Below, piece by piece: positions 1-12,608 of a DNA stretch of 64,000 bases (position 1 is its first letter; the number at the start of each line of letters is the position of its first letter). A model generated the notes under the pieces. That model saw only the letters and a program-made list of their open reading frames with translations. It did no database searches and was not told the DNA's origin. The position numbers and the translations under genes are program-made. This DNA comes from Scyliorhinus canicula (Eukaryota), in contig NC_052151.1 of NCBI RefSeq assembly GCF_902713615.1, positions 162,397,050 to 162,461,049 of the forward strand, read 5' to 3'.

Positions 1-99
1 AGGCTGTGCCCAGGGAAATCTAAAAGATACAGACTGGGGCAGGGGAGGTGGTGTCTGAGCCAGGGAAGATAAGCTGAGGTGTTTAAGGATTATTATAAG

Positions 100-315
100 G
101 AGCAGTGGTTAGCACTGGAACTGCGGTGCTGAGGATCCGGGCTCGAATCCTGGGTCACTGTCCGTGTGGAGGATGTACATTCTCCCCATGTTTACGTGGG
201 TTTCACCCCCACAACCCAAAGATGTGCAGATTAGATGAATTGGCCACAGTAAAATTGCCCCTTAATTGGAAAAAAAAAGAATAATTGGATATTCTAAATA
301 TATATATTTTTTAAA
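100..315 (+). mobile_element. V-SINE (HE1-like), short A/T-tail subfamily, inserted in the L1
   Basis: tRNA-like head, V-domain (gggtcactgtccgtgtgga...aaagatgtgca), tail cccttaattggaaaa; removing it restores L1 FKDYYKALY. Confidence 0.85.
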
Positions 316-2495
316 AGGCGCTGTACAGGGTGGGCCCGGGGGTGGGGGGTGAAGAGGATGCTTGGGACGGTTCTTAGACAAACTGGAGTTTCCACAGTGG
401 GAGGAAAAGAAGAGGCATGCGCTAGAGGCTGAGGGAGGAAGTGGACAGTATAAGTGGTATGAAGCCGGTGAAATCCCAGGACCTAATGGTTACCCGACGG
501 AATTCTATAAGGAGTTTGCGACGGATCTGGCACCACATCTCTTGAGGGCGTTTAATGAGGCAATGGAGAAGGGGAAGCTGCTGGAGACGATGACGCAGGC
601 AAGGATCACATTGATATCAAAGAAGGGGAAGGACCCATTGAGCCCAGGTACCAGAGGAAGTAGTGTCCAACAAGATTCAACCGGGTGGAGCAGCGGTGCC
701 TTTTGAGATCCTGGGAAGGTTTGGATCAGGACCGAAGTTTGTGGCACGAGTGTGCCTGTTATACTTGGCACCGAAGGCTAGTGCGGACCAACGACATGGG
801 TTCACAAAACTTTGAACTGCATAGGGGAACAAGGCAAAGGTGCCTGCTGTTGCGAAGTTTGGGGCATTCTCAGAATATAAGCTAACTGTAGGGAAAAGTG
901 AAGTGTTTCCGGTAAACGAGTTGGATCGGACAGTCAATCTAGGGGGATTGTCATTTAAGGTGGCCAGAGAAAGGTTCCTCGGGATTCAGGTAGCGAGGAA
1001 GTGGGCGATGCTACATAAACGGAATCTAACAAAGCTAGTGCAGGAGGTTAGCCAGGATCTAAGAGGTGGGACCCTGCACTTGACTGGCAGGGAGGGTCAA
1101 AGTGGTGGAGATGAATATTCTGCCGAAGTTCCTGTTCATATTCCAGACACTTCTGATCTCTGTACAGAAGGCCTTCTTTCAAATACTGGATATGATTATC
1201 TCAGATTTTGTATGGGCAGGGAAGGTGCTAAGTGTTAAGAGGACCTGTTACAGACAGAGGCAGAAGGGAAGGTTGGCACTGCCGAACCTGCTCCATTATT
1301 ACTTGGCGGTGAACGTGGAGAAGGCGAGGCGGTGATGGGAAGGAGAGTGGGCAGAATGGGTTAGGATGGAGGAAGAATCCTGGAGGGGGTTAGCTTGAGA
1401 GGTATGGCGACGGCAGCATTGCCAATGACACAAAAGAAATACACAGAGAGCCCGGTGGTGCAGTCAACAGTAAAGGCCTGGAACCAGTTGAGGAGTCATT
1501 TTACGATAGAAAGGATGTCGGTGTTGGCGCCACTGTGCGAAAACCATGGATTTGAGCCGGGAGGGACAGATGGTGTGTATCGGAAGTGGAGAGGTGGGGC
1601 TGTACTTGGAAGAGGCGTTTACCAGTATAGAGGAACTGAAAGAGAGGGTAGAGCTCCCGAGAGGAAGTGAGTTTAGGTACCTGCAGGAAAGGGATTTCAA
1701 GTGGAAGCTTTGTCGGGAGTTCTCCAGGTTGCTGAGGTACACCCTGTTGGAGTGACTGCTGCTTCTGGATGTGGAAGGGGAAGGTAGGATTGGAGACATG
1801 TACTGGTGGCTGGGTAAGCAGAGAGGTGAGCAAGTGGTGAAGATTAAAAAGTGGGAGGGGGAGCAGGGAGGGGAGATAAACTGGGGAGTATGGAGTGAAG
1901 CGCTATATCGACATGCAACATCCTTGTGCGCAAGGATGAGCCTGATACAGTTCAAGGTGGTACAAAGGGTACATATGACTCGGGCAAGAATGATTGGGTT
2001 CTTCCAGGGGGTGGCAGACGAGTGTGAGAAGTGTGGGTGGACACCAGTGAACCACTCACATATATTCAGGGATTGTGAGAAGTTGGGAGAGATTCTGGGT
2101 GGGAGCATTTGCAACGCTAACAAGGATAGTGGGGAAGGAGGTTAAGTCGGACCCTTTGGTGGTGATACTTGGGATATCGGAGAAGCCGGAGCTGATGGAG
2201 GGGAGGAATGCTGCTGTTGTGGCCTTCGCCTCTCTGATTGCCTGGAGAGGAATTATTTTGCAGTGGTGGCCAGTAACTCCACCTGGGGTGGCGGCTTGGC
2301 TGGGGGACTTGCTTCGGCTGGAAAAGCATTAAAGGAATCAACGGAGGGCTTAGAGACAAGATGGGGGATGTACGTCACCGTGTTGGAGGAGCTGTTCATT
2401 GCGGGTGCGGAAGAGGGGGGGTGATAAAGGTAAAAAACTTGTGCAAACTGTATAGTTGTGCGTTGGCAGGTTTAGTCCCCGAATTGTTTATGTTT

Positions 2496-2850
2496 TAGAA
2501 CATAGAACATAGAACAGTACAGCACAGAACAGGCCCTTCAGCCCTCGATGTTGTGCCGAGCAATGATCACCCTACTCAAACCCACGTATCCACCCTATAC
2601 CCGTAACGCAACAACCCCCCCCCCCCCCATACCTTACTTTTTTAGGACACTACGGGCAATTTAGCATGGCCAATCCACCTAACCCACACATCTTTGGACT
2701 GTGGGAGGAAACCGGAGCACCCGGAGGAAACCCACGCACACACGGGGAGGACGTGCAGACTCCGCACAGACAGTGACCCAAGCCGGAATCGAACCTGGGA
2801 CCCTGGAGCTGTGAAGCAATTGTGCTATCCACAATGCTACCGTGCTGCCC
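2496..2850 (-). mobile_element. HE1 V-SINE with (GTTCTAT)n CR1-type tail
   Basis: Full head gggcagcacggtagc, V-domain, tail similar to the LINE end at 62518-62577. Confidence 0.93.
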
Positions 2851-2904
2851 ACAACCCTTGGAACCTTTTACACAAGTTTGGGATAAAATACACTTAAAAA
2901 ATAG

Positions 2905-3780
2905 CAATAATTTTAAGAAAGGTCTTAAAGGAGGAAAGTGAGGCAGAAAGGCAGCAAGGTTGAGGGAGGTAATTCCAGAGCTTGGGCCTAGGCCAGTGAG
3001 GACATGGCCACCAATGCAATTAAAATCGAAAATGCATATGCAGAATGCAGTATTTTATGAGTGATGTGAGGTTAGAGGAGGAGTAAGGCTATGAGGGGTT
3101 TGGGATCAAGGATAAGAATTTTAAAACAAGACTTTGCTTAACTGGGAGCCAATGCAAGTCAACGAGCACAAGAGAGTATAGTTCAACAGGACTTGATGCG
3201 ACTTAAGCAGCAGCATACATTTGGGTGACCTCAAGGTTATGGAGTTTAGAATGTGGGAGATCAGCCAAGTGGATTTAATTGAAATAGTTGAGTCCAGAGT
3301 TGGGGGCATGAGTGAGGTTTTCTAAAAAACAATTTAGAGGTTCCAATTTATTTTTTTCAATTAAGGGGCAATTTAGTGTGGCCAATCCACCTAGCTTGCA
3401 CATCTTTGGGTTGTGGGAGCGAAACCCACACAAACACAGGGAGAATGTGCAAACTCCACACGGACAGTGACCCAGAGCCGGGATCGAACCTGGGACCTCG
3501 GTGCCGTGAGACAGCAGGGCTAACCCACTGCGCCACCATGCTGCCCATGAATGAGGTTTAAGCAACAGGTGGTTTGAGGCAGGAGCGACGTTGTGCAAAT
3601 TTATGAAGGTGGAAAAAGGAGGCCTTAATGATGACATGAATATGAGGGTGGAAGCTCACCTCGAGATCTGCTGTGACACAATGGTTGCAAACAGGCAAGC
3701 TTAATCCCAGACTGTTGCCAGGGAAAGGGATGCAGTTGGTAGCTCGGAACTGGGGTTTGGAAGGGAGACTGAAAACAACA
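2905..3780 (-). mobile_element. L2 LINE C-terminal remnant
   Basis: Minus-strand SFHPHI..IIKASFFHLHKFAQ, typical of L2 ORF2 downstream of the RT; interrupted by the SINE at 3321-3546. Confidence 0.7.
3321..3546 (-). mobile_element. V-SINE, short-tail subfamily with 13-bp TSD
   Basis: Flanked by atgagtgaggttt (3308-3320) and atgaatgaggttt (3547-3559). Confidence 0.9.
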
Positions 3781-3785
3781 GTCTT

Positions 3786-4084
3786 CATAGAATTTACAGT
3801 GCAGAAGGAGATCATTCCGCCCATTGAGTCTGCAGCAGCTCTTGGAAAGAGCACCCTACTTAAGCCCACGCCTCCACCCCATCCCCATAACCCAGCAACC
3901 CCATCTAACCTAAAGGCAATTTAGCATGGCCAATCCACCTGACCTGCACATCTTCAGACTATGGGAGGAAACCAGACACGGGGAGAACGTGCAGACTCCG
4001 CAGCCAGTGACCCAAGCGGGAATCGAACCTGGGACCCTGGCGCTGTGAAGCCATAATGTTAACCACTATGCTACCGTGCTGCCC
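3786..4084 (-). mobile_element. HE1 V-SINE, ...ccttctgcactgtaaattctatg tail
   Basis: Head, V-domain and second CR1-type tail. Confidence 0.9.
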
Positions 4085-4767
4085 CAATCTTCTGTTACAA
4101 TTTCTGTAGAGACTGATAATTTGTAAAAAGAAATTTGAACTTTGAGTCAGTAGTTGAAAGGGTGACAAGATTTCACGTTTTAAGACATTTACTGCAACAA
4201 GACTAAAAGGACCTTGACTAACTAACACTGGAAGGGATTCTCTGTTTCACGTGCCCCGTATTTCTCAGCATTGCACCATTTGCTGATGGTGGGATGCGCT
4301 ACTCTCACCACTTGTCAATGGGATTTCTCATTGAAGCCAACCCATGCTGCCGGGAGCCCGTGGGTGGGGTGGTGCTAACGGCCGGAAAAATAATTCCCAA
4401 TGGCCGGAAAATTCTGGCCACTATCTTTGTGGGCAACTTATACTTTAAACCACAAAACAGAATACATCCCTTATTTTTAACTTAATCGAAAAAGCATACT
4501 TCACAGATATGATTTACGCTGCCTTCCAGCCTCTAGATGATCTTTCTCTTTCCTGGACCATGGCAGACAAGTCGGTCTGTGATATTCAGTGATGTTTTAT
4601 GAGAGCCTGTAATCTGATATCATAATGGTTTCATCTGTACTGACCGCATCTCAAAGCCATCACCATGGCAACATGAATTACATGAATCTTGTACTCGGGT
4701 AAAGATTCTGATTAATTATCCTTGGGAGCCCAACACTTTCATCTTGGAACTAAATGGATAGCTTAAA

Positions 4768-5050
4768 GCACAGTAGCATAGTGGTTAGTTTGGCTATGGC
4801 TTCACAGCACCAGAGTCCCAGGTATGATCCCTGGCTGGGTCAATGTCTGTGTGGAGTCTGCACGTTCTCCCAGTGTCTGTGTGGGTTTCCTCCACAAGTC
4901 CTGAAAGACGTGCTATTAGGTAATTTGGACATTCTTAATTCTCCTGTGTACCCGAACAGGCACCAGAATGTGGCGACTAGGGGCTTTTCACAGTAACTTC
5001 ATTGCAGTGCTAATGTAAGCCTACTTGTGACAACAAAGATTATTATTATA
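4768..5050 (+). mobile_element. V-SINE head with (ATT)n-ending 'ggcgactaggggcttttcacag' tail
   Basis: V-domain start joined to a different tail; a 3' fragment of the same type lies at about 5260-5410. Confidence 0.8.
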
Positions 5051-5489
5051 AGCACAGCTGTTTACAAGCCCACATTCTCAAACCTTTTCTGGGACTTTGG
5101 AGGCTCATAATCTTTCCACTGCTAGCACATCGGATGCTGCCATCATCTGCAAGTATTGACACGATGCTCTTCTAGTAAAACTATCTGGTCCCATCTTTAA
5201 TCTCTAACAAACTATCCAGACTTGCTGTCAGGCAGACTTCAGAACAGATCATATACAAGTCCCAAAAGACATGCTGCTAGGTGAATTGGACATTCTGAAT
5301 TCTCTCTCAGTGTACCTAACAGCAACTGTAGTGTGGCGACTAGGGGCTTTTCACAGTAACTTCATTGCAGTGTTAATATAAGCCATCTTGTGACAATAAT
5401 AAAGATTATATGATACACTTCATTTTACCTCAAATTCAAGACACATTCCCAAAACATACTACAGTATAAACCTCACAACATGACTCTTC

Positions 5490-5960
5490 CAAATAATTAA
5501 TTGGGTGTGGTGGCGTCGTGTGCGCAGATGCAAAAATTAATGGTCTGCATTTGGATGATGTCACCAAGGGTCAACATGTACATGAGAAATAGGATGGGAC
5601 CGAGAATTGATTCTTGGGGGACACCTGAAGTAATGGTGAGGGAGAATGAAATGAAGCCATTACAAGTGATTCTCTGGTTATGATTACAACCCAGCTGGAT
5701 GATAGTGGTGTTGGAGGTGGCTGGCATGGTCAACCATCCCAAATGCTGCAGATAGGTCGAAAAAGACAAGGGATGAAATTTCACCATTGCCACATTCAGA
5801 TGGGATATAATTCTTGAACTGTTTCAGTACTGCGGCAGGAGCATAAACCTGATTGGAGAGATTCAAAAACAGAGCCCTGGGACAGGTTTGAATGGATATG
5901 GGAGGCGACAGCATGTTCAAGGACTTTGGAGATTAAACAGTTAAAATGTCTTAATCTGAG
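5490..5960 (-). mobile_element. L2 LINE RT remnant
   Basis: LISKVLEHAV, LVFFDLSAAF, SGVPQESILGPILFLMYM motifs. Confidence 0.85.
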
Positions 5961-7149
5961 CCATGTAATGCTGAAAATCCTGCTGTGTAACCACACTGCA
6001 CTCAGCATATACATGTAGTTCTGTGGAAATTTACGATTTGTACCAACATGTATCAGCATTATTTGCTAATTTCATGGGGTTGGTTGGCTAAGTTGCTGCG
6101 GAATGACACCAACAAGGTGGGCTAAATTCCCATACCAAGTGGAGTTATTCATGAAGGTTCCGCCTTCTCAGCCATGGCCTGGTCTGACATGTGGTGACCC
6201 TTAGGTTAAATCACCACCAGGGTCAGCTCGCTCTCAAAAAGGGGAGAGCAGCCTATGGCCCTTGGTGACTATGGCGATTTCCATTTCATAACCTTAAAAA
6301 GAAAAATATGTTTTGACAGCGCATCCCAAAAAAAAAACAATCTTTAACTAAATCTTCTTGAATTCCATTCTCGGTAGTTGGCTGGGGCAAATGTTTTCAC
6401 TGACTGAAGAATCTGAACGAGCTCCTCACCCCGTTTTTGCTGAAGTACAGCTTAAATGATTTCACCAGAACAAAATCCAAATATATTAAACTTCCTTTGA
6501 TTTCTTTGCTAGTTTCATGACAGCTGAAGTCGTCTCAAAAGTGTTCGAAACCACATCTAAAACAGGGAGAGCACACACGCTCAGTATAAGTCTGTGAGCA
6601 AAAACCTCAGCTGAGCGAAGCAGTTGGCTTGGTTTCAAGGCTTTTCAGCCTGTCGCTTTCAAAGCCTCATTAAATGCAAAAGCTGTGCTCATGCCTTGCA
6701 GACCCCGGTGAGTTTCATATACCCCGGGAAAGCTGAGCTCGAGTAATTAAAGCCAGAATCCAAAGTTGAATGCCCAATCAATTGGTTCTTTTAAATGTAT
6801 TTTAATTGCAAATCCCTCCCCCAGGCTTCCTCTATCACCAGCCCAGACCAGGCCACCCCTCACATCCATCCGACAGAGCAGCAAGGCAGGCTGTAACATT
6901 GTGCACAAGTGTTTAATATGAATATGTGAATACATATCTCACTAAACTGTCTCCTGCATCCACACCAACTTAATCTCAGTAAATTTTTAATTGCTTGTTT
7001 AAATGTTGGGAATCTATCACGAGTGATGAGACTGGGTAGCGGCTGATCAGAAAGCTTTCCAATCAAAAGTGCACCAGAGACGTGATGTCCTCATAACTAT
7101 TCAACCTGTAAACTGAAATATCTCCAGACCCATAGGAAATCTACCAGGT

Positions 7150-7700
7150 TACAACATTTGTAACTTGAAAATCAACAACTTGAGATATGCAGATGACACT
7201 GCACTGATTGCAGAGTCAGAAGGTGCGATTAAAGTGAAAGCAAAGAGTGTGGAACATGGATCAAGAATGAATATGAAGACCAAGACAACAGTGAGATCCA
7301 ACACCAGAAGTAAAAACTGAAGTAAACGGACAAGTCCTGGAAATGAAAACATTTACATACTTAGAGCAGTTTTAAAAAAAAACAAATGATGAGAGACATG
7401 ACTGAGATTTGGAGGAAAATGGAGATAGACAGCAACAGTTTTGTCAGAATGAAGGACGTGTTACCATCAAAGAAACTGAAACTTAGAAGAATGCGGACGT
7501 ACTACAGTTTGTCATCTATACTATATGCCTCAAACATGGAAAGGAAAGATAGAGGGAGAACATAGGAGATAAGCAGAGGAGAAAATTGATTATGGATATA
7601 ATGGACTGAATGTAGTTGACTCATGTGGAATGCGTAAGGGTAGCAGAGCACACAGGTGGACATCCATGGCAGAAAGATGATGCCAACAAACCAAAAAAAA
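7150..7700 (+). mobile_element. RTE-clade LINE remnant
   Basis: + strand reads KINNLRYADDTALIAESE at about 7168-7221. Confidence 0.75.
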
Positions 7701-8245
7701 AATACGTCGGCTGGGATGGACAAATTTTGGGTGTCTCATGGAACCAAGGGATATTGGGAGTGGGTGGGAAAGTAGATTTGAAGCCAAAAATCAGCCATGA
7801 TTGTACTGAATGGTGGAGCAGACTTGATCCGTTGTATGCTTTATTCCGGCTCTAGTTTTGAGTTGCGTTAATTGGGTTGCTGGCTGATTCCTTTTAAGCT
7901 GGCAATTTATTTTGCCATTTTAACTCCCCATGTGCACTGACACCTGCCTACCCTATCCTTGCAGGTTAAAATTCGTCTGAAGCCTCTTTCACCTCCTTCA
8001 AGATGCTCCTTGAAATCTGCCTCATAGTTGTTCTAATATTATTGAGATTCTGTGACAAGTTTTGTTTGATGAACATCCTAAGTCACTTCAAAGGAATGTT
8101 ATATAGATTCAAGTTGCTTTCTCTAGAACTAGGGTGCACTTCTAAAAATGATAGAAGAATGGAAATACGAAAAATGCGTTGCAGAAAATCGCCACAGAAA
8201 GGATGCAAAATTGCCACAGAAAAGAAGCATAGTGAAGAAAAGCAT

Positions 8246-8251
8246 TTTATT
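8246..8251 (-). terminator. Candidate ACP1 polyadenylation signal (AATAAA), about 0.7 kb 3' UTR
   Basis: tttatt on + strand; followed on the minus strand by a pyrimidine/GU-rich tract; the interval to the stop codon is repeat-free and AU-rich. Confidence 0.5.
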
Positions 8252-8941
8252 GTAGATGGCATCAATCAAACCAAATATCTGCAAATAGAGGATCCTGTTT
8301 TCTCACTGCAGTTAAACATCATTTTGTATCAATCAGGAAATCAGAGTTTTAATTCTAAGGTAACTCCAGCTTTCATACAATAATTACAATAAAGAAAAAT
8401 GTATAATTGTAAAGGACAACCCTTTACCTATTTTGAAATGTTGTGAAACATTAGGTTAGTATAATTCAAGATGGTTACTATGCAACTATAACAAAAGATG
8501 TAGTATATTATACAGTGAAGGAGGTATTCATAAACACTAACATCATGAATTTTGTCATGCACATTTGTTCATTATTTCTGAAATACAAATCAATTTCTCC
8601 ACCGTAAGAAAATCAAGTTAACAGCAATACTCTTGACACAGTGCCATACTGTCCTGAAACTTCTCACTGGTAGTTTCCAACAGCAGACCATCATTTACAA
8701 GTTTGAACGGTGAATATTTCTTGAAATTCATGTGGACGAATCCACATTCACTATGGAGATAAACTATCATCTCTCCAGTACGTTGTAAATTAAATATTCT
8801 AGTTAATGCAATTTAAAAAAAACTGTTTAATTTAATTTTCAGAGATGAGTTTTCTGCAAGGTTGAAACCATCGATATTGGCAAGAATTGTAATCATTTAA
8901 AATTATTTTTCTAACACATGATAGAACAGTCCTTTTCACAG

Positions 8942-9019
8942 TTATGTAGAACTCTCAAGGAATGCTGTGCAACATCTTAAACACTGTTGGTATACGTCTT
9001 CAAAATCCGCATCATTTCC
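8942..9019 (-). CDS. ACP1: ACP1 last coding exon ([25 protein letters not shown])
   Basis: 78 nt after ttcccag|; matches GNDSDFETVYQQCVRCC; TAA stop. Spliced CDS totals 474 nt = 157 aa. Confidence 0.97.
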   Translation of the reverse strand, partial: GNDADFEDVYQQCLRCCTAFLESST

Positions 9020-9199
9020 CTGGGAATAAGAAAACAAATTAAGATTTTTTTTAAAACCGCCAACAGACACATTCATTATTAGCACAGAAAGTGGGAATAA
9101 AAAAATAATACTTCCACCCTTCTGCATTTTTGAACATTTTAAACTCGGTGACATTTCTAAATTCTGTATATAAATAAATTAGAAGTTTTCACTACTTAC

Positions 9200-9305
9200 A
9201 TAATAGGGGTCTTGTATGTAAAGGTGATTTTGTGGGTCAAATGATCCAAGAAGTTTTATTTCGGACTTGTAGTTCTTCACTTTTTCAGCCATCCTTTTTA
9301 AATCT
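9200..9305 (-). CDS. ACP1: ACP1 coding exon 5 (DLKRMAEKVKNYKSEIKLLGSFDPQNHLYIQDPYY)
   Basis: 106 nt, tttcag| and |gtaagt; carries the general-acid DPYY motif; phase joins exon 4 (AG+A = Arg). Confidence 0.97.
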
Positions 9306-9431
9306 CTGAAAGTTTATCAAATAAAAACTTGGTTTCCTCTGCAGGTTTAAAATGGTTCATTTCAACAGTTTTAGGTTCTCCCCCATCCCCATTCTTTAAT
9401 ATCAGAAAAGAAAAAAATGCAGCATTACTTG

Positions 9432-9779
9432 GGGGCAGCAGGGTAGCATGGTGGTTAGCATAAATGCTTCACAGCTCCAGGGTCCCAGGTTCGATTCCCG
9501 GCTGGGTCACTGTCTGTGTGGAGTCTGCACGTCCTCCCCCTGTGTGCGTGGGTTTCCTCCGGGTGCTCCGGTTTCCTCCCACAGTCCAAAGATGTGCGGG
9601 TTAGGTGGATTGGCCATGCTAAATTGCCCGTAGTGTCCTAATAAATGTAAGGTTAGGGGGGGTTGGGTTACGGGTATAGGGTGGATATGTGGGTTTGAGT
9701 AGGGTGATCATGGCTCGGCACAACATTGAGGGCTGAAGGGCCTGTTCTGTGCTGTACTGTTCTATGTTCTATGTTCTAT
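9432..9779 (+). mobile_element. HE1 V-SINE, (GTTCTAT)n tail, near the ACP1 exon 5 acceptor
   Basis: Full-length copy flanked by attactt on both sides. Confidence 0.93.
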
Positions 9780-10026
9780 TACTTCGCAAACACTAAAGTT
9801 TACTTTTGATAAAATGGTAACCTTTCAGAAGAATTAAATCTTAAATTAATCTACTGTGTACAATTTGCCCATGAATAGTAAATCTATTATTTTCTTTCTT
9901 TCCTGGGATGGCAGGACTGACATATGGAGGAGAGATCGAGTCAGTTAGGATTATATTCGCTGGAATTTAAGAGAGTGAGAGAGAGCGAGAGAGAGCGAGA
10001 GAGAAGATGTCACATAAAATTCTAAC

Positions 10027-10357
10027 AGCACGGTAGCATAGTGGTTAGCATCAATGCTTCACAGCTCCAGGGTCCCAGGTTCGATTCCCGGCTGGGTCAC
10101 TGTCTGTGTGGAGTCTGCACGTCCTCCCCGTGTGTGCGTGGGTTTCCTCCGGGTGCTCCGGTTTCCTCCCACAGTCCAAAGATGTGCGGGTTAGGTGGAT
10201 TGGCCATGCTAAATTGCCCGTAGTGTCCTAAAAAGTAAGGTTAAGGGGGAGTTGTTGGGTTACGGGTATAGGGTGGATACGTGAGTTTGAGTAAGGTGAT
10301 CATTGCTCGGCACAACATCGAGGGCCGAAGGGCCTGTTCTGTGCTGTACTGTTCTAA
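10027..10357 (+). mobile_element. HE1 V-SINE inserted in an old CR1 3' fragment (about 9905-10730)
   Basis: Near-identical to the 9432 copy; the flanks read as a degenerate CR1 ORF2 end. Confidence 0.9.
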
Positions 10358-10857
10358 ATCTTCTAAAAAGGACTAGATGGCATAGATGTTCCCGATTGGG
10401 GTAAGGGAGCTGGGCATCCAGAACCAGTGATCACAGTCTAAGGATGCAAGGTAAACCGTTCAGACTGAGGAGAAGAACATTTCCTTGCCCGGAAAGTGGC
10501 GAGCCTGTGGAATTCACTATCACAGAAAACGGTTGAGGCCAAAACATTGTATGTTTTCATAAATGAGTTAGATTTAGCTCTTGGAGCTAAAGGGATCAAA
10601 AGGTTATGAGGGGGTGGGGAAGGGAAAGTGAGGAAAGGTTAGAGTTAGATGATCAGCCATGACCATAATGAATGGTGGAGCAGGCTCGAAGGGACAAATG
10701 GCCTACTCCTGCCCTTTTTTCTACATTTAAATTGAATTATAGTTATTTCAAGGTTAAAATGCAAGGTAATGAAGGTTTCATGCAACCTCAAGTGAAATAC
10801 AGCTACTATCACATCCTTGCATTCAGCCAGTGGTCAGGGACAGGAGAGTGTGACTAT

Positions 10858-11176
10858 CATAGATTTTACAGTGCAGAAGGCGGCTATTTGGTCTAACAAG
10901 TCTGCACCAGCTCTTGGAAAGAGCACCCTACTTCAGCCCATGCCTCCATCCTATCCCCGTAACCCCATCTAACCTTTTTGGATACCAAGGGCAATTTATC
11001 ATGGCCAATCCACATAACCTGCACATCTTTGGACTGTGGGAGGAAACCGGAGCACCCGGAGGAAACCCACGCAGACATGGGGAGAACATGCAGACTCTGC
11101 ACAGACAGTGACCCAAGCCGGGAATCAAACCTGGGACCCTGGAGCTGTGAAGAAACTGTGCTAACCACTATGCTAT
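10858..11176 (-). mobile_element. HE1 V-SINE
   Basis: V-domain and ccttctgcactgta tail. Confidence 0.9.
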
Positions 11177-11327
11177 GATTGAGGTAGGTCAAGGGATCCA
11201 GGAGGTAGGGTTGCAGAAGCTTCAGCCCTTGTCCATCAGATTCAAAATTCTTGCTCCCTATGTGGATGAGAGTGGGCACTGTGGGGACCACAGCACCATT
11301 ATTGGGATCCATTCAAGTTGGAGGGGC

Positions 11328-11636
11328 AAAATTAACAGATCGAAAGGCTCAAGCTTTCATAACAGCCCCACAACAGGAGGGTAGAGAATATCCAGGGGGC
11401 TCATTAATTGGGAGAGGGTGATTTCCCATGTGGGGCTTGGTCTGGGTGATTAAAATAGTTACACTGTCAGCATCCAATTGACAAGTTCCTTTTCAAATCC
11501 CCCAAAAAACAAAATTAACAGATCGAAAGGGTCAAGTTCTCATAACAGGTCCACAGCAGGAAGGTCGAGAATATCTTGGGGCTGATTAGATTTTCCGTGT
11601 GGGGCCTGGTCTGGGTGTTTAAAATAGTTACGCTGA
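11328..11636. repeat. Diverged direct duplication, period about 184 bp
   Basis: aaaattaacagatcgaaagg...ggtctgggtg..aaaatagttac occurs at about 11328 and 11512. Confidence 0.8.
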
Positions 11637-12608
11637 AGTTAGACGTGGTTTTATTTCTTCTAACTCGTTCAGAGTAACTATAGGTGCAAAACTGACAGAA
11701 CCATCCTAAGTTGGTGATTTAAATCACTTTGTTGGATGGTTGCCAGCGCAGCACAATTGTCAAAGGGAAAGTTAGCACTTCTGGACAATTGCCAGCTAAA
11801 GCCTTACCTGGGATTCCCCAGCACATGTTTGGGGGTACCTCCGAAATGCGATACTGGGGAGCCCGGAGGTAAAGGACCAATTGTGTTTTTAAATATATTC
11901 TGTTTGAGTGCAAATATCAAAGAAGTTTACAAGTGGAGAATAAAGTCAGAAAATGCTGGAAACATGCAGCTTTTTATTTCAGATTTTTGGTACCTACAGT
12001 ATTTTATTTCTGTATTAAAGTAGGAAATTAGAGACAATTTTATAATTTGGTAATACTCATCACCGCAACTTTGCTCCTGTTGAGATGCGGAATTGTTTTC
12101 CAAAATAGTTTTCTTGGGTCATTCTCCATTCCTAAATGCGCTCAAGGTGGTGGTGAGCCGTCTTCTTGAACTGTTTACAGTCAATGTGATGTGTGTACAC
12201 CCATGCACAGTGCTGTTAGAAAGGAAGTTAAAGGATTGTGACCCAGCCATAGTGAAGGAACTAAAGGTGTCTGACTTAGACAGGAACTTGCAGGTGGTGG
12301 CATTACCATGCATCTTCTGCCCTTGCCCATCTAGGTAGTAGAGGTCGCAGATTTGGAAGGCACTGTCGAAGCAGCCCTGGTCAGTTGTTACAGTGATCTT
12401 ATCTGAGACACTGCCACTGTGTTGGGGGCGGAGGGAGTATGGTGTGCCAATCAAGGGGGTGGAGGGAGTAAATGTTTGTGGGTAATGTGCCAATGAAGTG
12501 GGCTGCTTTGCCCTGGATAATGTCAAGCTTCTGGAGTGTTGTTGGAGCTGTACACGTCCAGCAAAGTGGAGTGTATTCCATTACACTCCAGACTTGTGCC
12601 TTGTAGAT

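Larger units (their letters stand above)
1..2901 (+). mobile_element. Decayed L1-clade LINE ORF2 and 3' end
   Basis: Frameshifted segments PGPNGYPTEFYKEF...ITLISKKGKDP, MNILPKFLFIFQ, GRLALPNL and the C-terminal zinc-finger-like CEKCG...HSH...C; A-rich end near 2900; interrupted by two SINEs. Confidence 0.9.

Noticed and set aside
4420-7150. ALKAL2 exons expected downstream of ACP1 by synteny
   Set aside because: No YKRCARLL-type coding segment found by eye; the unique sequence here cannot be assigned.
8003-8383. 126-aa + strand ORF
   Set aside because: No recognisable domain; overlaps an L2 tail and the antisense of the ACP1 3' UTR.
9432-9510. tRNA-like A/B-box sequences at the start of many repeats
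   Set aside because: They are SINE heads continuous with the V-domain and tail, not tRNA genes.
9448-9633. Recurrent short ORFs such as LGHCLCGVCTSSPCVRGFPPG
   Set aside because: Chance translations of HE1 SINE copies, not a protein family.
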